This document shows positions 41,121 to 53,833 of a stretch of 64,000 nt of DNA, piece after piece; the stretch's first letter is position 1, and each line of letters starts with the position of its first letter. Below the pieces are notes generated by a model. That model was not told the origin of the DNA and did not search any database. It saw nothing but the letters and a program-made list of their open reading frames with translations. Origin of the DNA: Octopus bimaculoides (lineage: Eukaryota); contig NC_068985.1 in assembly GCF_001194135.2 (NCBI RefSeq), positions 57,992,376 to 58,056,375 on the forward strand. Reading direction: 5' to 3'. A program made the position numbers and the translations under genes.

Positions 41121-41829
41121 GATTGTAGTTGTGAGGAGTCTGTTGTTAGCATTACAGACCAAGTATTGTTGCTAAACTGAGATTCTGTTACTCATCCCCC
41201 AAATATGCAGTGAATCCATACACATATTCTTCTGCAGATTTTCACTAAGCAAGACTCAATACAACACCGGCAAAATAATGAAATCACTTGATGTGTCGAG
41301 AATGCTAATCATATTCAGAAAAACATGCTGGTGTAGTGGACTTTCTAACTGTACAGCCAAGGAGACATTCATAAAACATTCACTGTTATAAAATTGTGAA
41401 TTTGCTGGAAGTTGTTCACAAACGTTTTTGGCAATGTTAAAACTAGCAAAGAATTTGGAAATGCGTCATTTCATGTAATGGTCAGGTTGGCAACAAGAAG
41501 CCTTTGCCAGTTGTCTTTGAGAATAAGTTTTGTTGTAGTTTCTTCAAAAGAAAATTACAAGACAGAAATATTTTATCGTGATAACAGAGGCTATAGTAAT
41601 TCTAATTAAAGAATAGCTGTTTGCTGACATTTGAAATATGTGAGTGGACAATGAAAGACTTTCTAAATGTGTAGAGAGTGCTAGACGTCACGTATAAACA
41701 GGTGCAGATTAATATCGCTTCCTTTTGGTTCGAAAATTTAAATTCTTATCTACAATTTCACAATTTAGAATCTTTAATTCATCGTCATCGTCATCATCAT
41801 CCTCATCATCTTCATCCTCCTCATCATCA

Positions 41830-43090
41830 TTTTTATTATTTTAATTTTATTTTAATCTGCACCTTTGATGCAAATATTTTTCGGACACACCCAGCACCAT
41901 AGGGCAAGCGAAGTTTGAGATATGTTGAAATATGACAAAGGAGAGTAAGATGGGGAGGGCAGCAGAGAAATGCATTCATATTATACAACACAAATATTTA
42001 AACTGATATGGTTTTTCTAAGGATGTGAGCAACACTTGTCACCGCATACTTTGGGTATGTTTCTCCTGGGATGTTGTCTAGATGTTCCTGACGCTCCTTT
42101 TTTTATCATACATAGGGAACCTACTATAACAGGAACCCATTCTGCTTTAAATGGTTACATCTTTTGCATTTCATTTTCGAGGATTTGCTACAGATATATT
42201 TTTATGGGAAGGGACACTTGCATCTATTAGTGTACAAGAATTTGCTTCCGTTTTTGAGCTTGATGATGATGATGATGATGATGATGACGACGACGACGAT
42301 GACGACGGCGACGACGACGACGACGATGTTGATGATGATGATGATGATGATAATAATAATTATTTTTATTGTTGTTATTATTATTATCAACATTTTCTTC
42401 GATGCCTTTAATAATTATGTCTTGTCGATTACCCCAGAACGAAGTGACATTTTTACCTGCAACGAACGGCTCAGGATGATGCTCACACCTGTAAGCAGGT
42501 GTGCTAATTTTGTAGTGCTGATATATCTTCCAATGTAAATACTGTCCTACCTCATCGTAGCGACTTATGTATTTATTTGGTTTTAGCACTGGACATCCCC
42601 AGACGAGATGGTCAATTGTTTTATCAAAAATGTATGGCAGAAACTGCATTTAAGGTTATAACCGTTTTGAACAACGTTATCCTGGTAGTCTTTGGTAAGC
42701 AAGCTTTGATTTTGTGCCGCTAATATGAAACCTTCAGACTCTGCTTTCAGTTCTAAGCTTCTCAGCCACTGATAGGTTGTTGCTCGTCCGATCCGTTTTG
42801 CTTGTTTGGTGGCAGTACTTTCAGGTTCTTCATCTAATTCAGGGTTAATGCCGAGTTCATTTGCGAATTTGCAAGCTTCTTTGGCAGGAAAATGTGAGTT
42901 TTTTTGCTTTCGTGTTTCCACACGACCCGCAGCATCCAGTCCTCTGTACTATTTAAGTACCTGATCATTGTTATTGCGGAGGTCTTATAGCTCAGTACTA
43001 CCTGCATCATTCTTCTTCCTCCATTACTTCTATGTAGGTACAGTTGATAAACGTCTGCTTTTGTGTGGTGCATGTTCTTAGATGTTAGGA
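41830..43090 (-). mobile_element. R4/Dong-type RLE retrotransposon relic B (3' part, split by a GAT/GAC microsatellite)
   Basis: HTKADVYQLYLHRSNGGR; WLRSLELKAESEGFILAAQNQSL; TIDHLVWGCPVL; NRQDIIIK / CTLIDASVP; VPVIVGSL; AHILRKTISV* (stop 41998-42000); 3' UTR followed by a TAA/TGA tail. Confidence 0.85.
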
Positions 43091-43094
43091 GTTT

Positions 43095-45325
43095 TATTAG
43101 GAGTTTTGTTATGTATTTGTCTGAATATTTTTTTATTATACCTAAGGCACCTACTATGATAGGAATTGTTTCTGTTTTTAGATTCCACATTCGAGTTACC
43201 TCTATTTCCAGGTCTTTGTATTTTGAAAGTTTTTCCATTTCTTTTAGGGAAACGTTGTCATCTGCTGGTATTGATACATCAATTAGAAAGCATTTTTTTT
43301 TCTTCATGATCTTTGACAACTATATCTGGTCTATTTTCCTTAATTTCTGTATCTGTGTGAATTGGCATATCTCAGAGTATGGTTGCTTTCTCGTTTTCTG
43401 TGACCTTTTCTGGCGTGTGTTTATACCATCTTTTTTCTGTTGTTATTCCATAGTGTTGGCATAGCTTCCAGTGTATATAGGTCCCAGCTCTTTCATGTAT
43501 GTGAATATATTCCTTCTTAGCCAGGACTGGGCAGCCAGAGATAATATGATTTATTGTTTCTTGTCCATTGCCTCATATTCTACAGTTACTTGTTATGTTT
43601 CTTTTCATTATATGTTTTTGGTAATTTCTGGTGAGGAGGCTTTGGTCTTGTGCAAGAATTTAAATATCCTTCAGTCTTTGCTTTGAGTCCTGAGCTTCTC
43701 CACCATTGCTGGGATTTTTCTCTGTCTATTTCTTTTGCAGTTAGTTTAGCCCAGTATTTACCATGTAGGGGCTTTTCTTGCCATCGTTTTATCATGGTCC
43801 GTTGCTGTTCTAATTTTAGTTTGGATTTCATTTGTTTTATAGCTTTTCTTATTTCTTCTTCTTCTTCGTATTTGTTAGGTAGTATGATTTCTTGTTTGTA
43901 TTTGTCAGCTTCCTTAAATACTGAAAACAGTTTTTTTGTTTTGCTCGTGTTTTGTGGCTATTTGTATTAGTTTTNNNNNNNNNNNNNNNNNNNNNNNNNN
44001 NNNNNNNNNNNNNNNNNNNNNNNNNNNNNNNNNNNNNNNNNNNNNNNNNNNNNNNNNNNNNNNNNNNNNNNNNNNNNNNNNNNNNNNNNNNNNNNNNNNN
44101 NNNNNNNNNNNNNNNNNNNNNNNNNNNNNNNNNNNNNNNNNNNNNNNNNNNNNNNNNNNNNNNNNNNNNNNNNNNNNNNNNNNNNNNNNNNNNNNNNNNN
44201 NNNNNNNNNNNNNNNNNNNNNNNNNNNNNNNNNNNNNNNNNNNNNNNNNNNNNNNNNNNNNNNNNNNNNNNNNNNNNNNNNNNNNNNNNNNNNNNNNNNN
44301 NNNNNNNNNNNNNNNNNNNNNNNNNNNNNNNNNNNNNNNNNNNNNNNNNNNNNNNNNNNNNNNNNNNNNNNNNNNNNNNNNNNNNNNNNNNNNNNNNNNN
44401 NNNNNNNNNNNNNNNNNNNNNNNNNNNNNNNNNNNNNNNNNNNNNNNNNNNNNNNNNNNNNNNNNNNNNNNNNNNNNNNNNNNNNNNNNNNNNNNNNNNN
44501 NNNNNNNNNNNNNNNNNNNNNNNNNNNNNNNNNNNNNNNNNNNNNNNNNNNNNNNNNNNNNNNNNNNNNNNNNNNNNNNNNNNNNNNNNNNNNNNNNNNN
44601 NNNNNNNNNNNNNNNNNNNNNNNNNNNNNNNNNNNNNNNNNNNNNNNNNNNNNNNNNNNNNNNNNNNNNNNNNNNNNNNNNNNNNNNNNNNNNNNNNNNN
44701 NNNNNNNNNNNNNNNNNNNNNNNNNNNNNNNNNNNNNNNNNNNNNNNNNNNNNNNNNNNNNNNNNNNNNNNNNNNNNNNNNNNNNNNNNNNNNNNNNNNN
44801 NNNNNNNNNNNNNNNNNNNNNNNNNNNNNNNNNNNNNNNNNNNNNNNNNNNNNNNNNNNNNNNNNNNNNNNNNNNNNNNNNNNNNNNNNNNNNNNNNNNN
44901 NNNNNNNNNNNNNNNNNNNNNNNNNNNNNNNNNNNNNNNNNNAAGGCTTTGTAGATCGTAGGGAGACAGGTTATAGGTCTACAGTTTTGTGGTTTCTCTG
45001 TTTCCGTGGATTTGGAAATTAAGATGATTTTCCCTTTCGGGAGCCATTCAGGCATTGTCTCTGGCTCTGCTAGTATGTTGTTAAAGTTTTCTGTCAGCTT
45101 TTTATGCATTCCTGTCAGGTGTTTTAACCAGAAATTGGGGATCTTGTCGTGCCCAGGTGCCTTCCAGTTGCTTTGTCTTTGCAGTGTCTGGGTGACCTCT
45201 TCAGTTGTTATAGGGGTCCAGAGTTGCTCAGGTGCTAAGTTCGTTGTTTTAATGGTCCTTTTTTGGGGTTGTTGCTTCACCGACCATATTTTGTTACAGA
45301 ATTGTTCCAGTCCTTCTGTTGTTGG
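43095..45325 (-). mobile_element. R4/Dong-type RLE retrotransposon relic A (5' truncated, N gap inside)
   Basis: NWKAPGHDKIPNFWLK, RPITCLPTIYK, KPLHGKYW, CRI*GNGQETINHIISGCPVL (CCHC knuckle with a stop), NRPDIVVKD...CFLIDVSIP...EKLSKYKDLEIE...PIIVGALG (restriction-like endonuclease). Confidence 0.9.
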
Positions 45326-45328
<3 letters not shown>

Positions 45329-45401
<73 letters not shown>

Positions 45402-45410
45402 GTTATTATT
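45329..45410. repeat. (TAA)n microsatellite, tail/target between R4 relics
   Basis: Long ATT run directly following the 3' UTR of relic C on the minus strand. Confidence 0.9.
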
Positions 45411-45411
45411 A

Positions 45412-45670
45412 TTATTGTTCAGTTGTTTTATTTTTATAACGTGCTTTCACTTCACTATCGAGCGCAGCTCTGTGCGCCTTGGGTATGTGCAGTGGTTTGC
45501 TGTGGTTTGCTGTGGCTTTATCTAGTGTTATATTGCTACTTTTAACTAATTTTCCTCTTTTCAGGGTTGCTTTCGCATATTTTTCTAATCCGAATTTCAT
45601 ATCTATTTCCTTGGTAAAGCCGTGTAGTAGTGTTTCTAGCTCTTTGTCATTTTCGTAAAGCCGTGTACTT
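45412..45670 (-). mobile_element. R4/Dong-type relic C (RT piece fused to a 3' UTR end)
   Basis: NDKELETLLHGFTKEIDMKFGLEKYAKATLKRGKL joined to a non-coding end ...GTGAAAGCACGTTATAAAAATAAAACAACTGAA; (TAA)n on both sides. Confidence 0.75.
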
Positions 45671-45677
45671 TGCGAAA

Positions 45678-45739
<62 letters not shown>

Positions 45740-45784
45740 CATTATTATTATTATTATTATGTCTATTATTATCATTATTTACTT

Positions 45785-46030
45785 TTAATCTACATGTTTG
45801 ATACAATGAATTGCCGAGATACACCGAGCTTTCTAGGGCGAATGAAGGACAACACATGTTAAAGTACTAGAGAAAGCTTTGAGAGGGGAAGTAGTAAAAT
45901 ATATTCATGTAGTACAATACTGACATTTAAATTGATAGTTTTTTTCTAAGGATGATGGTAGTACTTGTCAGCACATTGTTTCTGTGAGTCATAGTTCTCT
46001 TGGGATGTTTAGGAGTTTCTGACATGTCTT
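45785..46030 (-). mobile_element. R4/Dong-type relic D (3' end, same family as B)
   Basis: LTSTTIILRKKLSI*; 3' UTR GCCCTAG..GCTCGGTGT...ATCAAACATGTAGATTAAAA resembles the end of relic B; followed by (TAA)n at 45678-45785. Confidence 0.7.
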
Positions 46031-46034
46031 TCTT

Positions 46035-46375
46035 ATTCTTATTATTTCTTTTCAAACTCAAGTCTTAGTGGAAGTCCTTGAGTTTTGCATGCGTGACGGG
46101 CTTGCTGCCCACAGTACCATGTTATCTGGTTTTTCAACTATATAGTACTTTCCTGACGATTCTGGTTGTGCCAAGAAGGTAAAAAAATGTTAACCACTCT
46201 GCAAGACATTTTATCCAGATTTCCTTTATATTGCACTTGATGGCTTTTTGTCTTGTACACAAGAACTCAACAATAATTGGCTCTATCTTCACCTTTTTTT
46301 CATTTTCCATAGTCGGATTACTTCATACGTAAGTGGGTTGTAAATGTCGATTTGTTCCCCTGCCTTCTTGACCAT
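46035..46375 (-). mobile_element. R4/Dong-type relic E (3' end, a different family)
   Basis: EQIDIYNPLTYEVIRLWKMKK..IEPIIV...LLGTTRIVRKVLYS* (stop 46134-36), short UTR, TAA-like tail. Confidence 0.7.
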
Positions 46376-47150
46376 CTGTGAGTCAAGGGGGGACGGAAAA
46401 TCAGTTATATAGCACATGTGGTTCACCTTGTCCACCACCAGTGGTCGTAGCTGTGATGCTGGTGAATGTGATGATGATAGAGGATGGTGGTGTTGAACGT
46501 AATGGTGGGGATGGTTTATATTTTAGTGATGGCAATAGTGGTGGTGACGGAGGCTTATGTGACCGAGATGTCGATGTCTGTAGTGGCTACAATTTTTACT
46601 GAAATGACGATGATGACGGCAATGATGATGTCCATTATGGATTGAGTGTGCTGATCTGAGATGTGTCTGGTATGTATTACGAAAGGAGATATCATTTCCA
46701 GGAATATTATTGTTCGTCGTAGAATTAACGGCAGTTGTGTTGGTAGCGGTGACAGTAGTAGTATTTGTGTTAGTTTTGGTTATAGCAGCAGTAAATGGAA
46801 AAAATAGTTATTTTGACATGTAAAAATATCGACTATTTCCTATTTTGGAAATGCGGTGTTCTAAACGATTGGTGTTGGCAACTAACATATTCTATAAAGC
46901 CAACTAGGAATGGTATTTGTGCAGAAAGGAAACATATATCATACACTCATGTCAGTGATACACTAAAGCGGTTTTCTTGGTTTCAATTTGAACATCACAC
47001 ACGGGAGTAACATACGACACTTATAGTCATAATTAAGCAATTGTATACAAAAGCATACTCACGTGCGCGCACACCCACGCATGCGCGCACACAAACACAC
47101 ACGCATACACATGAATGGGAGACTGAAACTGTAATCGAAAAAAACGCTTA

Positions 47151-48306
47151 TTTACACATACATACATGCATGCATACGTATAAAATATATACATACATAC
47201 ACACATACATACACCCTAACCCTCTTCTGGACCTGCAATAGACACCTTACAACACACATAGAAGTATATGCCTTCGCTATCCAGGAACAGTAGGTAGTTT
47301 CTAAGACGGACAAAAATACCACCAAACATCTCTGTTGTGATAAAAAAATATTGGCTCTGCTGTACAAGTGTGAAAGATATCACCTACATAAACATCAGCT
47401 GCCCCTAAATATCTACGAGATACCACCTGCCCCTGAGGCATGATATATATGCAAAAACATATTTACAATGCTATCCGTAGGAAGGACAGTCCTGACGTGT
47501 ACATCAGAGGCATGTCAGAACCAGCAGGTATTCACACTTTTCAAATCTATAAAAAAATATACTGGTGGCGCACGTCAGTAGAAACATCATTTCAGTGCAA
47601 ACATAACAGGTCTGATATTGTTCTGTGGGGCAGGAAACAAGTCCAGGAAAAGGATAACACACATGGCGACTGAATGTGGAACTTAAAGCTATTCTACCCT
47701 GATTATGAATTCTCAGTTTTTTCATATCATTATAGGCGCATTAACTTATGTACCAACATTTTTGCTCAAAACCTTAAAAATACACAACTTCGTGGAGGAA
47801 GAGCAAAAGACACTAACGCGTATTTTTCAAATCCAATCTATTGTAAAAAAATATTGGCTCTGCTGTACAAGTGTGAAAGATATCACCTACATAAACATCA
47901 GCTGCCCCTAAATATCTACGAGATACTACCTGCCCCTGAGGCATGATATATATGCAANNNNNNNNNNACATCAGCTGCCCCTAAATATCTACGAGATACT
48001 ACCTGCCCCTGAGGCATGATATATATGCAAAAACATATTTACAATGCTATCCGTAGGAAGGACAGTCCTGACGTGTACATCGGAGGCATGTCAGAACCAG
48101 CAGGTATTCACACTTTTCAAATCAGAGATGTTTGGTGGTATTTTTGTCCGTCTTAGAAACTACCTACTGTTCCTGGATAGCGAAGGCATATACTTCTATG
48201 TGTGTTGTAAGGTGTCTATTGCAGGTCCAGAAGAGGGTTAGGGTGTATGTATGTGTGTATGTATGTATATATTTTATACGTATGCATGCATGTATGTATG
48301 TGTAAA
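47151..48306. repeat. About 185 bp inverted repeat enclosing a direct duplication (A-B-C-B-A')
   Basis: 47151-47335 is the reverse complement of 48122-48306; block B (47336-47547) recurs from 47840 to 48122 across a 10-N gap. Confidence 0.9.
47215..47840 (+). mobile_element. RLE-type non-LTR retrotransposon relic (plus strand)
   Basis: HIEVYAFAIQEQ, WLCCTSVKDITYINISCP..RYHLPLRHD (decayed CCHC knuckle), YWWRTSVETSFQCKHNRSDIVLW, LFYPDY...IIIGAL. Confidence 0.75.
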
Positions 48307-48385
48307 GTTCCAGCTGCTTCGTATATTGGATGCACTATAAACCTATAAAGTACAAAGCTGATAGTCTATTATGCGTATGTATGTG

Positions 48386-48417
<32 letters not shown>

Positions 48418-48457
48418 TGTATGTATGAATGTATGTATGTATGCATGTATGTATGTA

Positions 48458-48535
<78 letters not shown>

Positions 48536-48554
48536 CTTGTGTGTGTGTGTGTTT

Positions 48555-48775
48555 GTTTGCATTTGTGTTCTGTGTTTGTCCGCAACCACCGATTGTCAAC
48601 TGGTGTGTTTACGCCCCCGTAACATAGCATTTTTGGTGAATGACCGATAGAATAAGTACCAAGCTTAAAACAAAAATAAGTGTTGTTTGCCTCATTCGAG
48701 TGAAATTCCTTAGGGCGGTAATCATCTATGGCTGCATTCAAATGACAGAAATAATGATGCGCCATATACGTGTAC
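48555..48775 (+). mobile_element. Family-1 SINE 3' portion
   Basis: GGTGTGTTTACGCCCCCGTAAC...GACCGATAGAATAAGTACC homologous to the 3' half of 37733-38090. Confidence 0.7.
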
Positions 48776-50110
48776 TGAAATATCTCCCTTTAAATCTTTC
48801 TCAATCTGAAACATAATTCTGTCGTTTTTTGATTTTTGCTTTTACCGCTTGTGTGGACGAGTGTTCTTGACAACTATTGTCTGTTGATTGACCTAGCAAT
48901 CTATTAATTCAACTATTCCTAACCTATTCGTCTGCATGATTTCGTTTTTCGCCTCTACAATCATTTCGTTACATTGTCATCTACTCAATGTGGTAACTTG
49001 TCTATTGAACGTTGCAGATTAAATAGTTTAATAAGAAATCAGTTGACTTTCTTCAACCACAAATGACCTTTTGTTTCTTCTGTTATAATGTAATTTGCAA
49101 GTAACTTTGATCGTTATTTCCTACTTTTCTATTCTATTAGTTGAAACCATTGTAAGGAGCCTTTATACTCAACATACTGATACTGACATAAAAATTTAAC
49201 ACACACACGCTCACACGCACATACACATACACGCACATACACAGAGGTAAACACATATATAGACATATACTTACAAATATATATGCACACAAATATATGT
49301 GTGCATGTGCCTGCATTTAGTCACTCTCACCAGCTTGACAACCGGTCTGTCTTTGTCTCCGCAACCGGATGGCTCAGCAAAAGAGTGTTTGAATACGGAC
49401 CAGAAATCTATATAAACAATATAAAAAACGAAATTTAAAAATGCTCTGAGAGTCGATTTCTTCTACTCAATCGTTCAACGTGTATGCTAGCACGAGGAAA
49501 GTCCAATGATTGACACAAATAAAGGAAATGGGTATCAAATATTGTTTTTTCTGTCTTTTGTCACCAAGCTCACGCCACTTGGTTGTTCTTCTGAAACTGC
49601 ATTTCCTCATCAATTTCTGCATTCATAACATGAATTAATGGTTTTAAATTTTCGTACAAGGGCCCATAATTATTAAGGAAGATGGGCTCAATCGTTTACA
49701 TCGATTTCAGTTTTGAATTACTACTTATAATACGTGTCGGAAACAAGAGCAAGTAAGTCATTCCGAAATACATTACTGATTAATGTAAACACGATTTTAA
49801 CTTAGACTAGCAATAGAGGAATGGGCAGCGTCTAACATGCTGATTATTGCAGTTAATTTATTTTTTATCTGAATGCAGGTTTGTCAGAGTGGTTAAAAAT
49901 TCTGTCAAGCTGTTTGAGGTTCCTTGTTTGGAACTAAAGTATTTTGCCTTGTCTATGGATCATCCCACATTTTCTGACTGAATTTGGTTTAAAAGCGACT
50001 ATACAGAAGCCCGTAAACATAGACCGTAACTATAATTGAAACGACCGACTCCGTCAGAATGTGTCACGATAAATCTACTTGAGAACTGCGTTAAGAATAC
50101 ATGTATATAT

Positions 50111-50184
<74 letters not shown>

Positions 50185-50470
50185 ACACACACACATAAGC
50201 ACATACACCCATATATCCCCACTTGCCCTTATTTCTGAACGTACCTGTGTTTAAATTTAATTGCAATTCTTCGAAATTGGGGAATTACCTAGTTATAATA
50301 TTAAAGGCGACCAAATCATTGCAATGGAATCTCGATCATATACTGTTTATGATACTTCGTTTTATAAACCGAGTAGATATTGAAACCTGTGCGTGTTGAC
50401 TGATTTGTAATCGAGAGCAACAAAATCTAATACATTGCAGTTTGGCATCTTGATAATACGTCTTAAGCAG

Positions 50471-50528
50471 GCTGTAGTTTGATCGCATTATTTTTGGATA
50501 CAGTAAATGGATTGGAACAGGATTTATT
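50471..50528 (+). CDS. Candidate exon (G)CSLIALFLDTVNGLEQDL(F)
   Basis: tcttaagcag| ... |gtaagt; phase 1 to 2, compatible with both neighbours. Confidence 0.4.
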
Positions 50529-50799
50529 GTAAGTCATTTTTATCAGAGCAGGTCTGGAGGGGTCCAGGTGCACAACTGCTAAATTTTGGTGATTGTAGCA
50601 GCAGGATATTTACTTGTCATGACTATGATATACAAATGTATTTTCATACGTTTTCCTAAAATGTATATAGGATCATTTATCACAACAAACAAGCATTCGG
50701 ACATATATGTGTTTTCTCTATCTAGGTTATACATTTAATAAATTCAGTCTGAAACGAAGCTCTGCAGAAATACATAAACGATGGATGCTTAATTAATTA

Positions 50800-51000
50800 T
50801 CCTATAGACCTCTTTTGCCGAACCACTTAGTTACGGGGGCATAACATGGAAACACATACACAACACAAACATACACATTTCCGTGTACCAATTCCACTAA
50901 CTAGGCTCTGGGCGTCCTGAGGCTATAAACACTTACCAAAGGAGCCACACCGTGGGACTGACTTCGGAAGCATGTGTTTGGAAGAACTGGTTCAAACGCA
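50800..51000 (-). mobile_element. Decayed family-1 SINE
   Basis: CTCTTTTGCCGAACCACTTAGTTACGGGG...GAGGCTATA...GTGGGACTGA match the family-1 reverse complement. Confidence 0.65.
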
Positions 51001-51162
51001 TCCAGCTGATTGAAGCCCGCTAAAAAGGATCTATATGCCGCCAGATAGTGGCTTTTAAAACAGATGACAGATTACGTAAACCATCCAATTAGACCGTGAC
51101 GGTGTCTCAAATCAGGAATCTGGTGTTACGATTGTTTAATACATTTACTATACATATTTCAG

Positions 51163-51245
51163 TAATAGTACTTCCAGCTTTCAGGGCCATTTCCTTGAAG
51201 AGTTTTGTCTCACAAATCGACGCCAGTACTTGCGTTTTAAGTTTG
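51163..51245 (+). CDS. Candidate exon (F)NSTSSFQGHFLEEFCLTNRRQYLRFKF(E)
   Basis: catatttcag| ... G|gtaata; phase 2 to 1; open for 27 codons. Confidence 0.4.
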
Positions 51246-51299
51246 GTAATATTCTATCAGTTGCTTTATCCAAACCGCTAATTCTCGGAGGCAAACAAA

Positions 51300-51510
51300 A
51301 GGACACGCACGCGCACACAGAAACACACACACACAGAAACACACACACACATATATGATGGGTTATACACAGATTCCGTCCAAGTAATTCTATCTCAAGG
51401 ATTTAGTCAGTCCGAAATAAGGTAGAAGACACCTCTCCATGATACTATGCAGTGGGACTGAACAGGAAACTACGATAAAGTAAAACGAGCTTCTTAGTCA
51501 CACAGCCAAC
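51300..51510 (-). mobile_element. Decayed family-1 SINE
   Basis: GTAGAAGACAC...GCAGTGGGACTGAAC...CTTCTTAGTCACACAGCC. Confidence 0.65.
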
Positions 51511-52343
51511 CTTCACCTACACATACAGTGTTAACTAAATTTCAATAGACACATTTTGTATAAGAATATAACATTAAAACAAAATACTATTAACGCTTAA
51601 ACGATTTATAATAATAATAACGATGCAAGTACATACAAGAATATTATAGCAATTCAACGTATGCTTAATTCATGCATTGCAATTTTTTTCCTTATGATTT
51701 TTTTTTATATGAAGCGCAAATTGTCAACTGAAATATGTATCGATATTTGAAGTAGTATTGATTTATATCGAGGTATATAGTTTATGGTGCTTCCTGTGTC
51801 GAATGTCATGAAAGACACTGAATATAGGTTATGTGAGTGGAATGTAGGTTACAAGACTAAATCCAAGAATGTGCGTGTGATCAACGTATGCAGTGTAAAG
51901 CTTAGCAGACTGTGAAAAGCTTTCAATGAAGCGAAACTTGACTGATACTGTGAAATGGGAAGTTTCTGGAAAAGAGTCGTCGTTACATTTATGACTATGT
52001 ATTACGGTTTTTTTTTTATAATTTCGTTGTATTTTATTGCTAGCAAATTCTTTGTTTCTCACTTTCTCTTTCTCTCTCTCCCTCTTCTTGTCCTCTCTCT
52101 TTTTTCTATCTTTCTTTCTCTCTCTCAATTTCTTTCTCTCTCTTTCTCTCTCTCCACCCACATACAAACATTCACATGCAAACTTACTNNNNNNNNNNNN
52201 NNNNNNNNNNNNNNNNNNNNNNNNNNNNNNNNNNNNNNNNNNNNNNNNNNNNNNNNNNNNNNNNNNNNNNNNNNNNNNNNNNNNNNNNNNNNNNNNNNNN
52301 NNNNNNNNNNNNNNNNNNNNNNNNNNNNNNNNNNNNNNNNNNN

Positions 52344-52378
<35 letters not shown>

Positions 52379-53792
52379 TAGATAGATAGATAGATAGATA
52401 GAGAGAGAGATGCTTGCTTACATTTGTATATACATATACGTGTATATGTATATTGCTATCTATCTAACTATATAGCTATCTATGTCTATGTATCTGTTTG
52501 TGTAGTTAGATAAATAGATACACACATGTAAATATACAATTATTTGTGTGTATATGTGTGCGTGTCTAATAAAATCTATCTGAGAGGCTCCATATCTGCC
52601 TGTATATTGATACCAAATTAATATTTATGATTTGATAAATCTTTTATTTATTTTCATTTTTCACATTGAACTGAATCATTCTAGATATCTATCTGAGAAG
52701 GTGACGGGTGATTGAGCCACTCACACCATCTGTATACATTTATCAACGTACCTTGAATTATGCATGTATGCATCACAAGCATTAGGACATGTGTGCGTGT
52801 ATGTGTGTGGTATATATATATATATGCACTTACACACACACAGTATATATATACATACATCTGTATACATAAATGTGTAATGTTGTCTGTTTGTATTTTT
52901 AGGGTTACTCTAAGTCCTCCCACACCGTCCAACCTATTTTAATGATTTTTGGCACATAGGTTGGTCACATGCATTGAAGTTCGTAATTTTTCAAAATTTC
53001 GATAATGCTCAGTCGGCATCGAATTTTGTGAGCGCAATAGGGCGTTTGAATGAAAATTTCCATAACGATGCTATTTTTCCTGCATTCTATTTTTTGCATT
53101 CTTTGTCCGATTTTGATGAAAATCGTTGAGTGAGCGAGGCTCTTGCAGTGAGTTGCTGTCAGTATATGGCATTGACAAAGAATCGATAATTGCACCTGAG
53201 CAGTGGATTTATAAAATCAATAGACCGTAACTTTTATATTTATTATCCGATGTTAATGAAATTTGAGATGTAGATAAATTTTGTGGTGGAGGAGACGGTA
53301 AACGTGTGTATCTAATTCAATAGAGCTTGAAAAGGACACAAATGCAAACAAGCATTTCCTTAGATACATTCTTGTCGATTCTGTAGAAATGTTATTCGTG
53401 ATTACAGCTTAGGTCCATTAGTTGATGCCAACATGAAGAGTTGACAAAAATTCGATAATTGCTTGTGAGCAGGTGATGTCAAGAAAATAATAGGCTACTT
53501 GCATGCAATTACCCATAGGATTAATATTTTATGCTGTAACTGTTACAGAATTCATCCGGTTTTGATGAAATTTGACATTTAGGTAAAGATTATGGTTGGA
53601 GTTATGTAGTAGAATTAAAATTAAACTGGTGAAAGGCAGAAAAGCTCAAAATTCACTCACAATAATATAATGAGCCGATTTTTAAGAAAGTTGACCCATG
53701 AGTAAAATTAAGCACTTTGACGGGAGTGTCCATCATCATCATCATAATCATCATCATATATGTATACACACACACACACACACACACACGCA

Positions 53793-53833
<41 letters not shown>

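Noticed and set aside
47151-48306. Interpretation of the inverted repeat as a MITE/foldback transposon
   Set aside because: The arms contain LINE coding sequence plus flanking microsatellite and there is no target-site duplication.
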